64,000 bases of DNA from Dehalococcoidia bacterium (GTDB lineage: Bacteria > Chloroflexota > Dehalococcoidia > Bin125): NCBI GenBank assembly GCA_963555985.3, contig OY820591.1, forward strand, positions 1,408,001-1,472,000. The letters are read 5' to 3'. Shown here piece by piece: positions 41,362 through 51,141 of the stretch. The position numbers and the translations under genes are program-made. A model generated the notes under the pieces. The model saw nothing but the letters and a program-made list of their open reading frames with translations. It was not told where the DNA came from and did not search any database. How positions within the stretch are numbered: the stretch's first letter is position 1; each line of letters starts with the position of its first letter.

Positions 41362-41395
41362 GTGGTGCGCAGGATTGAGAGGAGTGTTGTGGAGG

Positions 41396-43942
41396 TCACG
41401 GTTTGGTTGGAGAGCGGCGGCTTGCGGTGCGGCGAGCGCGACGGGTTCGACGGGGGGCCTTCGGCTCGGCGAGTAGTGCGAGGGCGCGGTCGAGGCCGAT
41501 CGTTTCGAGGTCGTCCTCGTCCTTCAGGTTTCGCCGTTCGTCGCCGGATTGCACGTAGGGGCCCCAGCGGCCCGGTCTGACGACGACTTCCTCGTTTGTG
41601 TCTGGGTGTCGGCCCAGGCTTTTGGGCCAACGGAGCCATTCGATCGCGTCTTCGAGCGTGACGTCTTCCAGTTCCATGGATTTCGGTACGGAAGCGCGTC
41701 GCGGTTTGGGGGCTTTGCGGCTGCGGGGGGACTCTCCCACTTGGACGAACGGCCCGAAGCGGCCGTTGAGCAGCCAGACGTCATCGTCGTAGTCGGGATG
41801 GCGGCCGAGCTTTCGCGGTAGTTCCTGTGCGCTGTCGAGCAGCTCGGCGGCGTGACTCAGGGTCAGCTCGGCCGGCGCGAGATCGGGCGTGAGGGGGGCA
41901 GTTCGCGCATTCTCACCGGCGCCCCGGCGGAGGAACGAGGAGCCGCTGCGGACGCGCACCTGGATATCGTTTGGGCCGACGTGATCGTCGCCGTTCGGGG
42001 CTAGTCGCAAGCCGTCCTCGGTGAGATCGAGCGCCCAGAAGGGGATCGTTGAGATCTTCTCCGCCACGCGCGTTTTCAAGCCTTCCGAGTCGTCTGCTCC
42101 GAAGTAGAAGTCGCGCAGGTGGGCTTCGGCGTCCGACTCGCCGCGCGCGATCTGGTCGAGGCGGTCTTCCATGTCGGCGGTGAACTCCGCATTGACGAGG
42201 TCGGCGAAGTGCTGGGTGAGCAAGTCGGTGACGGCGAAGCCGAGGAAGGTTGGGATGAGCATGCGTCCTCGGCGGTTGACGTACTCGCGCGCGATCAGGG
42301 TTGCGATGATCGAGGCATAGGTGCTGGGACGGCCGAGTCCGTCTTCCTCCAATTTGCGCACGAGGGAGGCTTCGGTGAAGCGAGGCGGCGGTTGGGACTC
42401 ACTACCCGTCGGGTTGAACTCCTGAAGGGTCGCCAGCTCGCCTTCGCGCAGCTCCGGGAGTAGGTTGGCGTCTCCTCCGCCTCTCGGTCGCAGGACGGCA
42501 TACCAGCCGTCAAAGAGCACGACCTGTCCGTTCGCGCTCATGACGGCCGGGTTGTCTGCGGGCCGGTCCGGGATGGGCGCTTCAATCGTGGCGCGGGTGC
42601 GTTCAACGCGCGCGTCGGCCATCTGGCAGGCGACAGTGCGCCGCCAGATGAGGTCATAGAGCTGGAAGTCATCCTCTTCGAGGAGCGAGCGGAGCGATGC
42701 GGGTGTACGGGTGATGTCGGTGGGGCGGATGGCTTCGTGCGCTTCTTGCGCGTTGCGAGTGCGCGTTCGGTAGGTGCGCCGCTCGTGATAGCTGGGACCG
42801 TACTCGTCGCGAATGAATGACGCGGCCTGCCCGAGCGCTTGATCGGAGAGGGTGACTGAGTCGGTGCGCATATAGGTGATCAGGCCGACTCGCTCGGCCC
42901 CGAGATCTACTCCCTGGTAGAGCCGCTGAGCGGCCGCCATCGTTCGCGCGGCGCCCATCCCCAGTCGATTCGACGCCGCCTGTTGCAGCGTGGAAGTGGT
43001 GAACGGAGGCCGAGGCCGGATGCTCGCTCGCTGCTTGGAGACGGAAGAGACTCGCCAGTTTGCTTGATTGAGGGCCGGCCGCAGCGCTTCGAGCGACTGC
43101 TCGGTCTCCCAGCGCTTTTCGGTCGCCCGAAGTTGTCCGGTGGCCGGATTGAAGTCTGCAGTTGCGCTTGCCAGTTCGGCTCCGCCGAGCGAGTGCAAGC
43201 GTGCGACCAGATCGCCGTGTTCCAGTCGGAAGCGGGCTTCCGCACCCCAATACTCGGCAGAGACGAACGCCATGCGCTCGCGTTCGCGCTCGACGAGGAA
43301 GCGGAGGGCGACGCTCTGCACGCGCCCGGCAGAGGTGCCTTGTCCCAGCTTGCGCCACAAGACCGGCGAGAGCGAGTAGCCGTAGAGCCGATCAAGGATG
43401 CGGCGCGACTCTTGCGCCTCCACGAGCGCCTGATCGATCTGGCGGGGCGATTGGAGCGCTGCCTGAATTGCCGCCGGCGTGATCTCGTGGAACACGATCC
43501 GTTCGTAGGGCACTTTTGGCTTGAGCACTTCGACGAGATGCCAGCCGATCGACTCGCCTTCACGATCTTCGTCGGTTGCAAGGAGGACGCGGTCGGCGTC
43601 TTTGAGTTCCTTGCGGAGGCGGGTGACGTGCTTCTTGGACTCGCTGGGGACGATGTAGTAGGGCTGGAAGCCGTGGTCGACGTCGACGGCGAAGTCGGCC
43701 CAGGGTTGGCCCTTGATTTTGGCCGGTCGCTCGGCGGCGCGGCGGGGGAGGTCGCGGATGTGGCCGAAACAGGCGCTGACGAAGTAATCGTCGTTCAGGA
43801 ATTGACCGATGGTGTCGGCCTTAGCGCCGGATTCGACGATGACGAGGGTCTTGCCGCCCTCCTGCGGAGCGGAGCGCGAACGCCGCGGCGTTGAGCGGCT
43901 TGTTCGTTTGGCCTTCTTGGACGGCGACTTAGCGTCGGGCAT
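41396..43942 (-). CDS. topA: DNA topoisomerase I (type IA) with C-terminal repeats and no zinc fingers
   Basis: LVIVES..KA, GHIRDL, ATDEDREGESI, SAGRVQS, GLITYMRTDS, QEAHEAIRPT, GLGRPSTYA. Confidence 0.96.
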   Translation of the reverse strand: MPDAKSPSKKAKRTSRSTPRRSRSAPQEGGKTLVIVESGAKADTIGQFLNDDYFVSACFGHIRDLPRRAAERPAKIKGQPWADFAVDVDHGFQPYYIVPSESKKHVTRLRKELKDADRVLLATDEDREGESIGWHLVEVLKPKVPYERIVFHEITPAAIQAALQSPRQIDQALVEAQESRRILDRLYGYSLSPVLWRKLGQGTSAGRVQSVALRFLVERERERMAFVSAEYWGAEARFRLEHGDLVARLHSLGGAELASATADFNPATGQLRATEKRWETEQSLEALRPALNQANWRVSSVSKQRASIRPRPPFTTSTLQQAASNRLGMGAARTMAAAQRLYQGVDLGAERVGLITYMRTDSVTLSDQALGQAASFIRDEYGPSYHERRTYRTRTRNAQEAHEAIRPTDITRTPASLRSLLEEDDFQLYDLIWRRTVACQMADARVERTRATIEAPIPDRPADNPAVMSANGQVVLFDGWYAVLRPRGGGDANLLPELREGELATLQEFNPTGSESQPPPRFTEASLVRKLEEDGLGRPSTYASIIATLIAREYVNRRGRMLIPTFLGFAVTDLLTQHFADLVNAEFTADMEDRLDQIARGESDAEAHLRDFYFGADDSEGLKTRVAEKISTIPFWALDLTEDGLRLAPNGDDHVGPNDIQVRVRSGSSFLRRGAGENARTAPLTPDLAPAELTLSHAAELLDSAQELPRKLGRHPDYDDDVWLLNGRFGPFVQVGESPRSRKAPKPRRASVPKSMELEDVTLEDAIEWLRWPKSLGRHPDTNEEVVVRPGRWGPYVQSGDERRNLKDEDDLETIGLDRALALLAEPKAPRRTRRARRTASRRSPTKP

Positions 43943-45035
43943 AGGTCAGTGATCCTACCTCGTGAATCATGCCTTTGAGTTCGAGTGTGGCCAGCGCGGC
44001 GGTCACTTCATGCACTGGCATGTCGGCGGCGCGCGCGAGGAAGTCGACATGGATCGGCTCTGGGCCGATCAGTGCGAGGAGCGCGGCTTCGGTGGGGTCT
44101 TCAGGCAACTGCTCGGTGAGGGTTGCTTGGCGCTCGATCGGGCCAAGCTGCAACTCGCTGGAAATATCGTCAACGCTGGTCACGAGCTTGGCGTGAGCGG
44201 TCTTGATGATCTGGTTCGCGCCTGAACTCTGCGCGGAGGTGATCGGTCCCGGCACGGCAAACACCTCTCGGTTGTAGTCGAGCGCGGAGTTTACGGTATG
44301 CCAGGTTCCCGACTTCTCGCTTGCCTCAGTCACGAGTGTCCCAAGTGTCAGACCGGCGATAATCCGGTTGCGTCGTGGGAAATGCTCCGCGCGCGAGGTT
44401 CGCCCCAGCGGGTATTCCGAGACGATCGCGCCCCCTTGCGCGACAATCCGCTTCGCCAGGTCTTTGTGTTCCGGCGGATACACCTTGTCGAGGCCGCCGG
44501 CAACCACGGCGATCGTACGCGCGCCTCGTTCGAGCGCAGTTTCGTGTGCGATCGCGTCGATACCACGGGCAAGGCCGGAAACGATGGTCAGTCCCGCGTC
44601 AGCCAGCTCCAACGTGAGTTGGCGCGTGACTTGCAGCCCGTACGGGGTTGGCCGCCGAGTTCCGACGATTGCGAGTGACCATTCGTCGCGTTCGCTGAGC
44701 GTTCCACGGACGTACAGCAATGCCGGGGGATCCGGGACCTCGCGGAGTCTGCGCGGATAGCTCGGGTCGTGATGACTGACTGCCGAGAGCCCGGACGCCG
44801 TTACGCGCTCGAGCTCGGCGGCGGGGTCGATCTGGGCTCGGCGTGTTTCCAGTTCGGTGAGGGCGCGTTGGTCAAGTCCGGCCTCGCGCAGAGCGCTGCG
44901 GTCGGCGCTCCAAGCCTCGGCCAGTGAATCGAAGTGCTGTTCGAGCGCAGCCATGCGAACCGGGCCGATTCCGGCGACGAAGGAGAAGGCGACGCGATAG
45001 GCGATGTCGTTGATGGAGGGCACAGCGCACCACAT
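43929..45035 (-). CDS. dprA: DNA-processing protein DprA
   Basis: AIVGTRRPTPYG, IVSGLARGIDAIAH, FPRRNRIIAGL, REVFAVPG, C-terminal winged helix. Confidence 0.96.
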   Translation of the reverse strand: MWCAVPSINDIAYRVAFSFVAGIGPVRMAALEQHFDSLAEAWSADRSALREAGLDQRALTELETRRAQIDPAAELERVTASGLSAVSHHDPSYPRRLREVPDPPALLYVRGTLSERDEWSLAIVGTRRPTPYGLQVTRQLTLELADAGLTIVSGLARGIDAIAHETALERGARTIAVVAGGLDKVYPPEHKDLAKRIVAQGGAIVSEYPLGRTSRAEHFPRRNRIIAGLTLGTLVTEASEKSGTWHTVNSALDYNREVFAVPGPITSAQSSGANQIIKTAHAKLVTSVDDISSELQLGPIERQATLTEQLPEDPTEAALLALIGPEPIHVDFLARAADMPVHEVTAALATLELKGMIHEVGSLTYARR

Positions 45036-46324
45036 TAGGGCGATGCGCCGTTGCTGTCACCTGTATCCGCATGGTGTCCAGGTTCGGCAACGGCCCGAAT
45101 TGCAGCGACGCGGCGGCCGTCCATCTGCTCCACGACCACCGAGAGGCCATCGATCTGGACTGTGTCGCCGACGATGGGGATGCGCCCGAGTCTGTCGAAG
45201 ACGAGGCCGGCGACCGTGTCGAAGTCAGCGGCCTCGATATGTACGCCGAGCTCTTCCAGTGAGGCGAGCGGGGCGCGGCCGTCGAGCATCAGCGCATCGC
45301 CCTCTCGCCGAGCGAGCTGATTCTCCGCTGCGGCGGGATCGTATTCGTCGGCGATTTCGCCAACGATCTCTTCGATCAGATCTTCGAGCGTGATCAGACC
45401 CGCTGTGCCTCCGTATTCGTCGAGGACGATCGCCAAGTGCACGCGTTCTTGCTGGAACTCGGTCAGGAGATCGTCGATCCGAGTGGATTCGGGAACGAAC
45501 ATTGGCTCGCGGGCGATCTTGGTGATCGGTAGGTGGGTTTCCTTCAGGATTTCGCGCAGGAGGTCCTTGGCGTAGAGAATTCCGATGACGTGGTCGACGG
45601 AGTCGGTGTAGATCGGAACGCGAGAGAAGCCGTATTCCAGCGCGTAACGGGCGGCCTTGTCGAGCGCCGTGTCGGCCGGTAGCGCGGCGATATCGGGGCG
45701 CGGAGTCATCGCTTCGCGCACCACACGGTCGCCGATCGTCATCACGCCGCGAATCATTGCGCGTTCGTCTTCTTCGAGGGCCTCGGGCTCGTGCTCGATC
45801 AGCACTTCGATGTCGGTCGGTTGGGGGGCGACACCGCGATAGCGTTGGCTGAGGCCGGTGACCATTCGCGCGGGCGCTTCGAGGATGGCCGCCGGAATCA
45901 GGAAGGCGGTATCGAGTAGGTCGATGGCGCGGACGAAGTTGAGCGCGAAGGCTTCGGGCCAGGTCGCGGCGAGGCGTCGGGGGATTGAGTGCATGAGCGC
46001 CGCCAAGATCGCGCCGATTCCACCGGTGAGCACCATCGTTTCCCAGCGGAAGCCGGTTTCCCGAAGCACGATGTAGAAAGCGGCTGTAAAGGCGGCGGCG
46101 ACGGCGACGCTGCGACCGACCGCGAATGATCCGAGCGCTCGTTCGCGATCTTGAGTGATTTTCTGTAGTCGCTGCGCGCGTGGATTGTCCGGCGCTCTGC
46201 TCGCGAGCAGTCGCGCACGCGAGCGGCTCAGGCTGATCACGCCGGCCTCGGCGATCGTCTCCAGCGCAAGCAAGGCCACCGACAGGATCAGAAACACGAG
46301 GGCGATGATTGAGCTCTCGCTCAT
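45035..46324 (-). CDS. CNNM/CorB-like (HlyC/CorC) protein: DUF21, CBS pair, CorC domain
   Basis: N-terminal TM helices, [56 protein letters not shown]. Confidence 0.9.
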   Translation of the reverse strand: MSESSIIALVFLILSVALLALETIAEAGVISLSRSRARLLASRAPDNPRAQRLQKITQDRERALGSFAVGRSVAVAAAFTAAFYIVLRETGFRWETMVLTGGIGAILAALMHSIPRRLAATWPEAFALNFVRAIDLLDTAFLIPAAILEAPARMVTGLSQRYRGVAPQPTDIEVLIEHEPEALEEDERAMIRGVMTIGDRVVREAMTPRPDIAALPADTALDKAARYALEYGFSRVPIYTDSVDHVIGILYAKDLLREILKETHLPITKIAREPMFVPESTRIDDLLTEFQQERVHLAIVLDEYGGTAGLITLEDLIEEIVGEIADEYDPAAAENQLARREGDALMLDGRAPLASLEELGVHIEAADFDTVAGLVFDRLGRIPIVGDTVQIDGLSVVVEQMDGRRVAAIRAVAEPGHHADTGDSNGASP

Positions 46325-47760
46325 CGCGACGCCTCCGATCCGGTCTGGCCTCGTTGGCGTTTCGCTCGGCCCGCGGGGGTTGCTCGTGCGGGCGACCCGA
46401 CGACATTGGCGTCAGGCGACACGTCTTTCGTGACCACCGATCCCGCGCCCGTTCGCGCGCGTGCTCCAACGTTGATTGGGGCGACGAGCATCGTGTCAGA
46501 GCCGATGAATGCATCTTCGCCGATACGGGTTTGGTGCTTGATCGCGCCATCGAAGTTGCAGGTGATCGCGCCGGCTCCGATGTTCGTGCGCGCGCCCACA
46601 TCACAGTCTCCGAGGTAGGAAAAGTGGCCAACCTGGACTCCTGCGCCGAGGCGGGCGTTCTTGAGTTCGGCGTGGGTACCAATGTGGACATGTTCGCCAA
46701 GCTCGCAGCCGGGGCGAATCGTGCTGTAGGGGCCGACTTCGACGTGATTGGCGAGCGTTGAGCCGCGCACCGTGCAGGACTCGAGCACGCAGGACTCGCC
46801 GGCGGTTGAGTCTTCGAGGACGGCCGCCGGCCCGATTCGCGTTCGGCTTGCGATGGCGGTGCGTCCTCGGATATGCGACCCGGGTTCGATCACAACGCCT
46901 TGTTCGATCTGCGCTCGTGCGTCGATCCAGACAGCGGCCGGGTCCACGATGCGCACGCCATCGGCGAGTAAGCGACGGCAGATTCGTCGTCGCAGGGCCG
47001 CTTCGGCGTCGGCGGCGTCCGACAGGTTTTCGACGTTGAGCCGGCCGTCGGGCAGGGGAACGCTGACGGCATGTGCGACACCGAGTTCGGCCGCGACTGC
47101 AACAGCGTCGGTGACGTAACGCTCGGGAACATCCTCGCAGCGGGACGGGAGTCGAGTCAGGGCGCGCCAGAGAAACTCTCCCTCGAATCGATAGACGCCG
47201 ACGTTCACTTCTCGGAGTTGGCGTTGTTCTTCAGTTGCTTCGCGCCATTCGACGATGGCGCGGAGCTGATTCTCGTGTCCGCGCACGATTCTTCCCATTC
47301 GCGCTGGATCATCGACTACGGCAGTGAGCACGTTGGCGGCGCGCCGTTCGGCGCGAAGGAGCGGGATCAGTTGACCGGGGGAGACAAGTGCAAGGTCGCC
47401 GTTGATGACGAGTATCTCTTCGGCGTCGTGGACGTATGGTCGCGCGCAGAGGGCTGCGTCCGCTGTGCCAAGGGGGAGCGGCTGGGTTGCGAAGGTCAAT
47501 TCAAGCGCGTCCGGTGCGTCTGCGACTGTTTCTGTGCGGATTTCGTCTCCGACGCTCCCGGCTGGAACTATGACCACTGCGTGGCAGACACCGCTCTGGG
47601 CCAGGGCATGAAGCACGTGAGAGGCGATTGCGCGCCCGCAGAGAGGGTGTAAGACCTTGGGCCGGTCGCTGTGCATTCGTGTGCCTCGCCCGGCGGCGAG
47701 GACCACAGCGGTGGGTGTTTGGGTCGGGTCGGGTTCTGGTGGGTCGTCTTCGGTCTGCAA
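46321..47760 (-). CDS. glmU: Bifunctional UDP-GlcNAc pyrophosphorylase / GlcN-1-P acetyltransferase
   Basis: LAAGRGTRM..PKVLH, LGTADA, HFSYLGD, NIGAGAITCNFDG, hexapeptide repeats. Confidence 0.93.
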   Translation of the reverse strand: MQTEDDPPEPDPTQTPTAVVLAAGRGTRMHSDRPKVLHPLCGRAIASHVLHALAQSGVCHAVVIVPAGSVGDEIRTETVADAPDALELTFATQPLPLGTADAALCARPYVHDAEEILVINGDLALVSPGQLIPLLRAERRAANVLTAVVDDPARMGRIVRGHENQLRAIVEWREATEEQRQLREVNVGVYRFEGEFLWRALTRLPSRCEDVPERYVTDAVAVAAELGVAHAVSVPLPDGRLNVENLSDAADAEAALRRRICRRLLADGVRIVDPAAVWIDARAQIEQGVVIEPGSHIRGRTAIASRTRIGPAAVLEDSTAGESCVLESCTVRGSTLANHVEVGPYSTIRPGCELGEHVHIGTHAELKNARLGAGVQVGHFSYLGDCDVGARTNIGAGAITCNFDGAIKHQTRIGEDAFIGSDTMLVAPINVGARARTGAGSVVTKDVSPDANVVGSPARATPAGRAKRQRGQTGSEASR

Positions 47761-47808
47761 ACCGAACTCCGGCTATCCACACCAACGGCGTCTGCGCTGT
47801 GTCGAATC

Positions 47809-47855
47809 ACGCTAGGGAGGCGACTTGCGGAGTGTCAACCGGCGCGCCGGTTGAC
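47809..47855. promoter_or_regulatory. Divergent glmU/alaS promoter region with perfect 22-bp palindrome
   Basis: GTCAACCGGCGCGCCGGTTGAC (47834-47855); minus strand TTGACA, 18 nt, TAGCGT toward glmU. Confidence 0.5.
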
Positions 47856-47967
47856 GGCCTTATTCGCTCATGTACGCAGGCATATACTTGCTGACTGAGG
47901 TCGTGTTTGGGGCGGCTAGGCGTCTCGCGCGGCCGATTCCGCCATTCACCGCAGCGAAGTGCGTGCC

Positions 47968-50625
47968 ATGGACGCTCAGACGATCCGACAGACGTTTACC
48001 GATTTCTTCGTCGAACGAGACCATCTCTCCGTTGCGAGCGCGCCCCTCACTGCTCCGGGCGACCCGACCTTGCTCTTCACCAGCGCGGGCATGGTGCCGT
48101 TCAAGCCGTACTTTCTCGGCGAAGCGCAGCCGCCGCACCACCGCCTTACGTCGATCCAGAAATGCTTCCGCACGACGGACATTGACGAAGTGGGCGATGC
48201 CTCGCATCTGACGATGTTCGAGATGCTGGGGAACTTCTCGCTGGGCGACTACTTCAAGGCTGAAGCGCAGGCTTGGGCTTGGGAGTTGGTCACCGACGTG
48301 ATCGGGATTCCCCCTGAGCGGCTGGTCGCGACGGTGTTCACGGACGACGATTTCGCCTACGACCAGTGGAAGAAGATTGGGTTGTCGGACTCGAAGATCT
48401 ATCGCTATGGCGAGGATCAGGGGAATTTCTGGGCGGCGGGACCGACTGGCCCGTGCGGGCCATGTTCGGAGTTGCACTACGACATGCGGCCTGGATATCG
48501 CGAAGGGACAGGACCAGCAGAGGCGGAGGAGAAGTGGCTGGAGATCTGGAACCTGGTCTTCATGCAGTGGACCCGATTCGACGACGGCACGCGCGCGGAT
48601 CTCCCGGCGCAGAGCATCGATACGGGCGCCGGCCTCGAGCGCTGGGCGATGATGCTTCAGGACCAGGACAACCTCTACGACACCGATCTGTTCGCCCCCT
48701 TGCTCGACTACATCGGCGCGCGCTGCGATCTGGAGTACCACTCTGCCGACGAGGCTCAACGCCGTGCGATGCGCGTTGTCGCCGAGCACGGCAGGGCGAC
48801 GACCTTCCTCGTCGCTGACGGCGCGATTCCGGGGAACGAGGGTCGCGGCTATGTGCTGCGGCGGTTGATTCGGCGAGCGCTCTACATGGCCGATTCACTC
48901 GGGATTGAGGACGACCTGCTGTCAGATCTGGCGATCCATGTTCGTGGGGTGATGGGAGCCTGGTATCCGGAACTGGACGAACATGCCGCGCTGGTCGCCA
49001 ATGTGCTGGACCAGGAGGAGCATCGCTTCCGGCGGACGCTCTCGACCGGCCGGACGCTGTTGGAGGGACGAATTGCGAAGCTGGGCGCCGAATCCATCAG
49101 CGGTGCGGATGCGTTCGAGCTATACGACACCTATGGGTTGCCGTTTGAGGTCACAGCAGAAGTCGCGCGAGAGAACGACGCGCTTGATGACGAGGAGCGG
49201 GTGCGCGCTGAGTTCGAGTCGGCGCTTGAGGAGCAGCGCGAACGCTCGCGCCAACAGGCGACGTTTGCCTATGACGAAGATGCTGCCCGTTATGCGGAGC
49301 TTGACATTGCGACTGAATTTGCTGGCTACGAGTCCATCGAGGTTAGGGCGGAGATCGTCGCGATCGTTGCCGATGGCGAGCGCGTGGCGCGGGCGTCAGC
49401 TGGTGAAGATGTGAGTGTGGTGCTTGACCGCACATCGTTCTATCCGGAAGGCGGCGGACAGGTCGGCGATACCGGATGGCTGCGGGGCGACGACTCGCAG
49501 GTTGACGTTTCGGATACACGCGCGTTCGGGGATGTGATTGCGCATGTTGGCAAGGTCGTATCAGGCGGTATCTCGGTTGGCGACCGGATTTCAGCGACAG
49601 TGAGCCGCGCACGACGCGCCGACGCAGCTCGGAACCACACAGCGACGCACCTCCTGCACGCGGCCTTGCGCACAGTGCTGGGCGACCACGTGCGTCAGGC
49701 CGGTTCGCTGGTCGCGCCCGATCATCTGCGCTTCGACTACACGCAGCCGGAGGCTCCGAGTCCCGGCGAGCTGCGCCAAGTGCAGCAGCTCGTACAGGAG
49801 CGAATTCGGGAGAACATTCCGGTGAATACGGAGGAGATGGCGTACGAAGACGCGCTCAAGACGGGCGCGATGGCGATCTTCGGTGAGAAGTATGAGACGG
49901 CGGTCCGGGTCGTCGAGATCTGCGATCCCGCGCCGCACGTGCACGACTGTTTCAGCAAGGAGCTCTGCGGTGGGACGCACGCGCCGGCGACAGGCTTTGT
50001 GGGCGCATTCCAGATCATTTCCGAGAGCAGTGTCGGCGCGGGCGTTCGCCGCATTGAGGCGCTGACCGGCGGTACCGCGTCACAGTGGACGGACGAACGG
50101 CTCGACACGTTGTCAGAAATCGCCGGAGCCTTCCGCGCAACTCCCGATACAGTCTCGGATCGAATTGACCAGCTCAGGACTGAGTTGAACGAGATGCGAC
50201 GCCGCTTGCAGGCAGTCGAGGCGAAAACAGGTGCAACAACAGCCGAAGCATTGGCCTCAGCTGCCGTCAATGTCGACGGCGTCGCTGTGGCCGCCGGACG
50301 GGTCGCGGTGGAATCAGCCGACGCGCTGCGGCGAGCAGGAGACGAGGTTCGGCGACAGCTGCTCGCGGGCGGCTCGGAAGGCGCGATCGTGCTCGGCGCA
50401 GAGGCGAACGGGCGGCCGCTTTTCGTCGCGATGGCGACTTCGGGGGCAGTTGAACGGGGCGTCAACGCCGGACGCCTGATCGGCGGAATCGCTCGTATCA
50501 CAGGCGGCGGCGGCGGCGGCAAGCCCGATATGGCGCAGGCCGGAGGCAGAGACGCTTCTAAGCTGGACGAAGCGTTGGCAGCCGCGGTTGACGCGGTCCG
50601 TTCGCAGCTGGGAGTCGCAGACTGA
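47968..50625 (+). CDS. alaS: Alanine--tRNA ligase
   Basis: DPTLLFTSAGMVPFK, QKCFRT, HLTMFEMLGNFS, GPCGPCSE, DTGAGLER, NHTATHLLH, ELCGGTH, GGGGGK..AQAGG. Confidence 0.97.
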   Translation: MDAQTIRQTFTDFFVERDHLSVASAPLTAPGDPTLLFTSAGMVPFKPYFLGEAQPPHHRLTSIQKCFRTTDIDEVGDASHLTMFEMLGNFSLGDYFKAEAQAWAWELVTDVIGIPPERLVATVFTDDDFAYDQWKKIGLSDSKIYRYGEDQGNFWAAGPTGPCGPCSELHYDMRPGYREGTGPAEAEEKWLEIWNLVFMQWTRFDDGTRADLPAQSIDTGAGLERWAMMLQDQDNLYDTDLFAPLLDYIGARCDLEYHSADEAQRRAMRVVAEHGRATTFLVADGAIPGNEGRGYVLRRLIRRALYMADSLGIEDDLLSDLAIHVRGVMGAWYPELDEHAALVANVLDQEEHRFRRTLSTGRTLLEGRIAKLGAESISGADAFELYDTYGLPFEVTAEVARENDALDDEERVRAEFESALEEQRERSRQQATFAYDEDAARYAELDIATEFAGYESIEVRAEIVAIVADGERVARASAGEDVSVVLDRTSFYPEGGGQVGDTGWLRGDDSQVDVSDTRAFGDVIAHVGKVVSGGISVGDRISATVSRARRADAARNHTATHLLHAALRTVLGDHVRQAGSLVAPDHLRFDYTQPEAPSPGELRQVQQLVQERIRENIPVNTEEMAYEDALKTGAMAIFGEKYETAVRVVEICDPAPHVHDCFSKELCGGTHAPATGFVGAFQIISESSVGAGVRRIEALTGGTASQWTDERLDTLSEIAGAFRATPDTVSDRIDQLRTELNEMRRRLQAVEAKTGATTAEALASAAVNVDGVAVAAGRVAVESADALRRAGDEVRRQLLAGGSEGAIVLGAEANGRPLFVAMATSGAVERGVNAGRLIGGIARITGGGGGGKPDMAQAGGRDASKLDEALAAAVDAVRSQLGVAD

Positions 50626-50628
50626 GCC

Positions 50629-51141
50629 GTGGCTGTTACGTGTCTGATTGGACTGGATCCGGGCGAACGCTGGATCGGCGTTGCCCGGGCTGCGCAGGAT
50701 TCTTCGCTTGCGCTGCCTGTCGGCACGATCGACCGGGCAGCTGTCGGCGGAGCTCCCGAAGCAGTCGCTCAGGCGCTGCGGTCAATGTTGGGCGGAGATA
50801 CGGTGGCTGCGATCATCGTGGGAGCGCCACTGCGGCCTGACCATGCGGAAGACGCCCAAGCTGCGGCCTTCCGTGCCTTCGGTGAGAGTGTCGCTGCTGC
50901 GGTGGGTGTCGAGTGCTTCGCGCAGAACGAACGCTTTACGAGTGTGGAAAGGGAGTTCCCATCAAGCACGCCCCGCAGGCAGCGCGACCGCAAGGCTCGA
51001 CGTCCTGGGGGTAAGAGCGCGTCGCGTCGGCGACGCGAGCGGGAACGCTCACATGCGGCCGCGGCCGCACGAATATTGCAGCGATGGTTGGATGAACAAG
51101 GCGCTCGGACGCAGCCGAGCAGGGCGGGCGGAGGCTGGTGA
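50629..51141 (+). CDS. ruvX: YqgF/RuvX family RNase H-fold nuclease (divergent)
   Basis: GLDPGERWIGVA, IIVGAP, NERFTS, AAARILQRWLD; alaS-ruvX-mltG synteny. Confidence 0.85.
   Translation: MAVTCLIGLDPGERWIGVARAAQDSSLALPVGTIDRAAVGGAPEAVAQALRSMLGGDTVAAIIVGAPLRPDHAEDAQAAAFRAFGESVAAAVGVECFAQNERFTSVEREFPSSTPRRQRDRKARRPGGKSASRRRRERERSHAAAAARILQRWLDEQGARTQPSRAGGGW

Noticed and set aside
45225-46700. 491-aa alternate-frame ORF over glmU and the CBS-domain gene
   Set aside because: Arg/Pro-rich off-frame reading; both real genes are intact, so no frameshift is needed.
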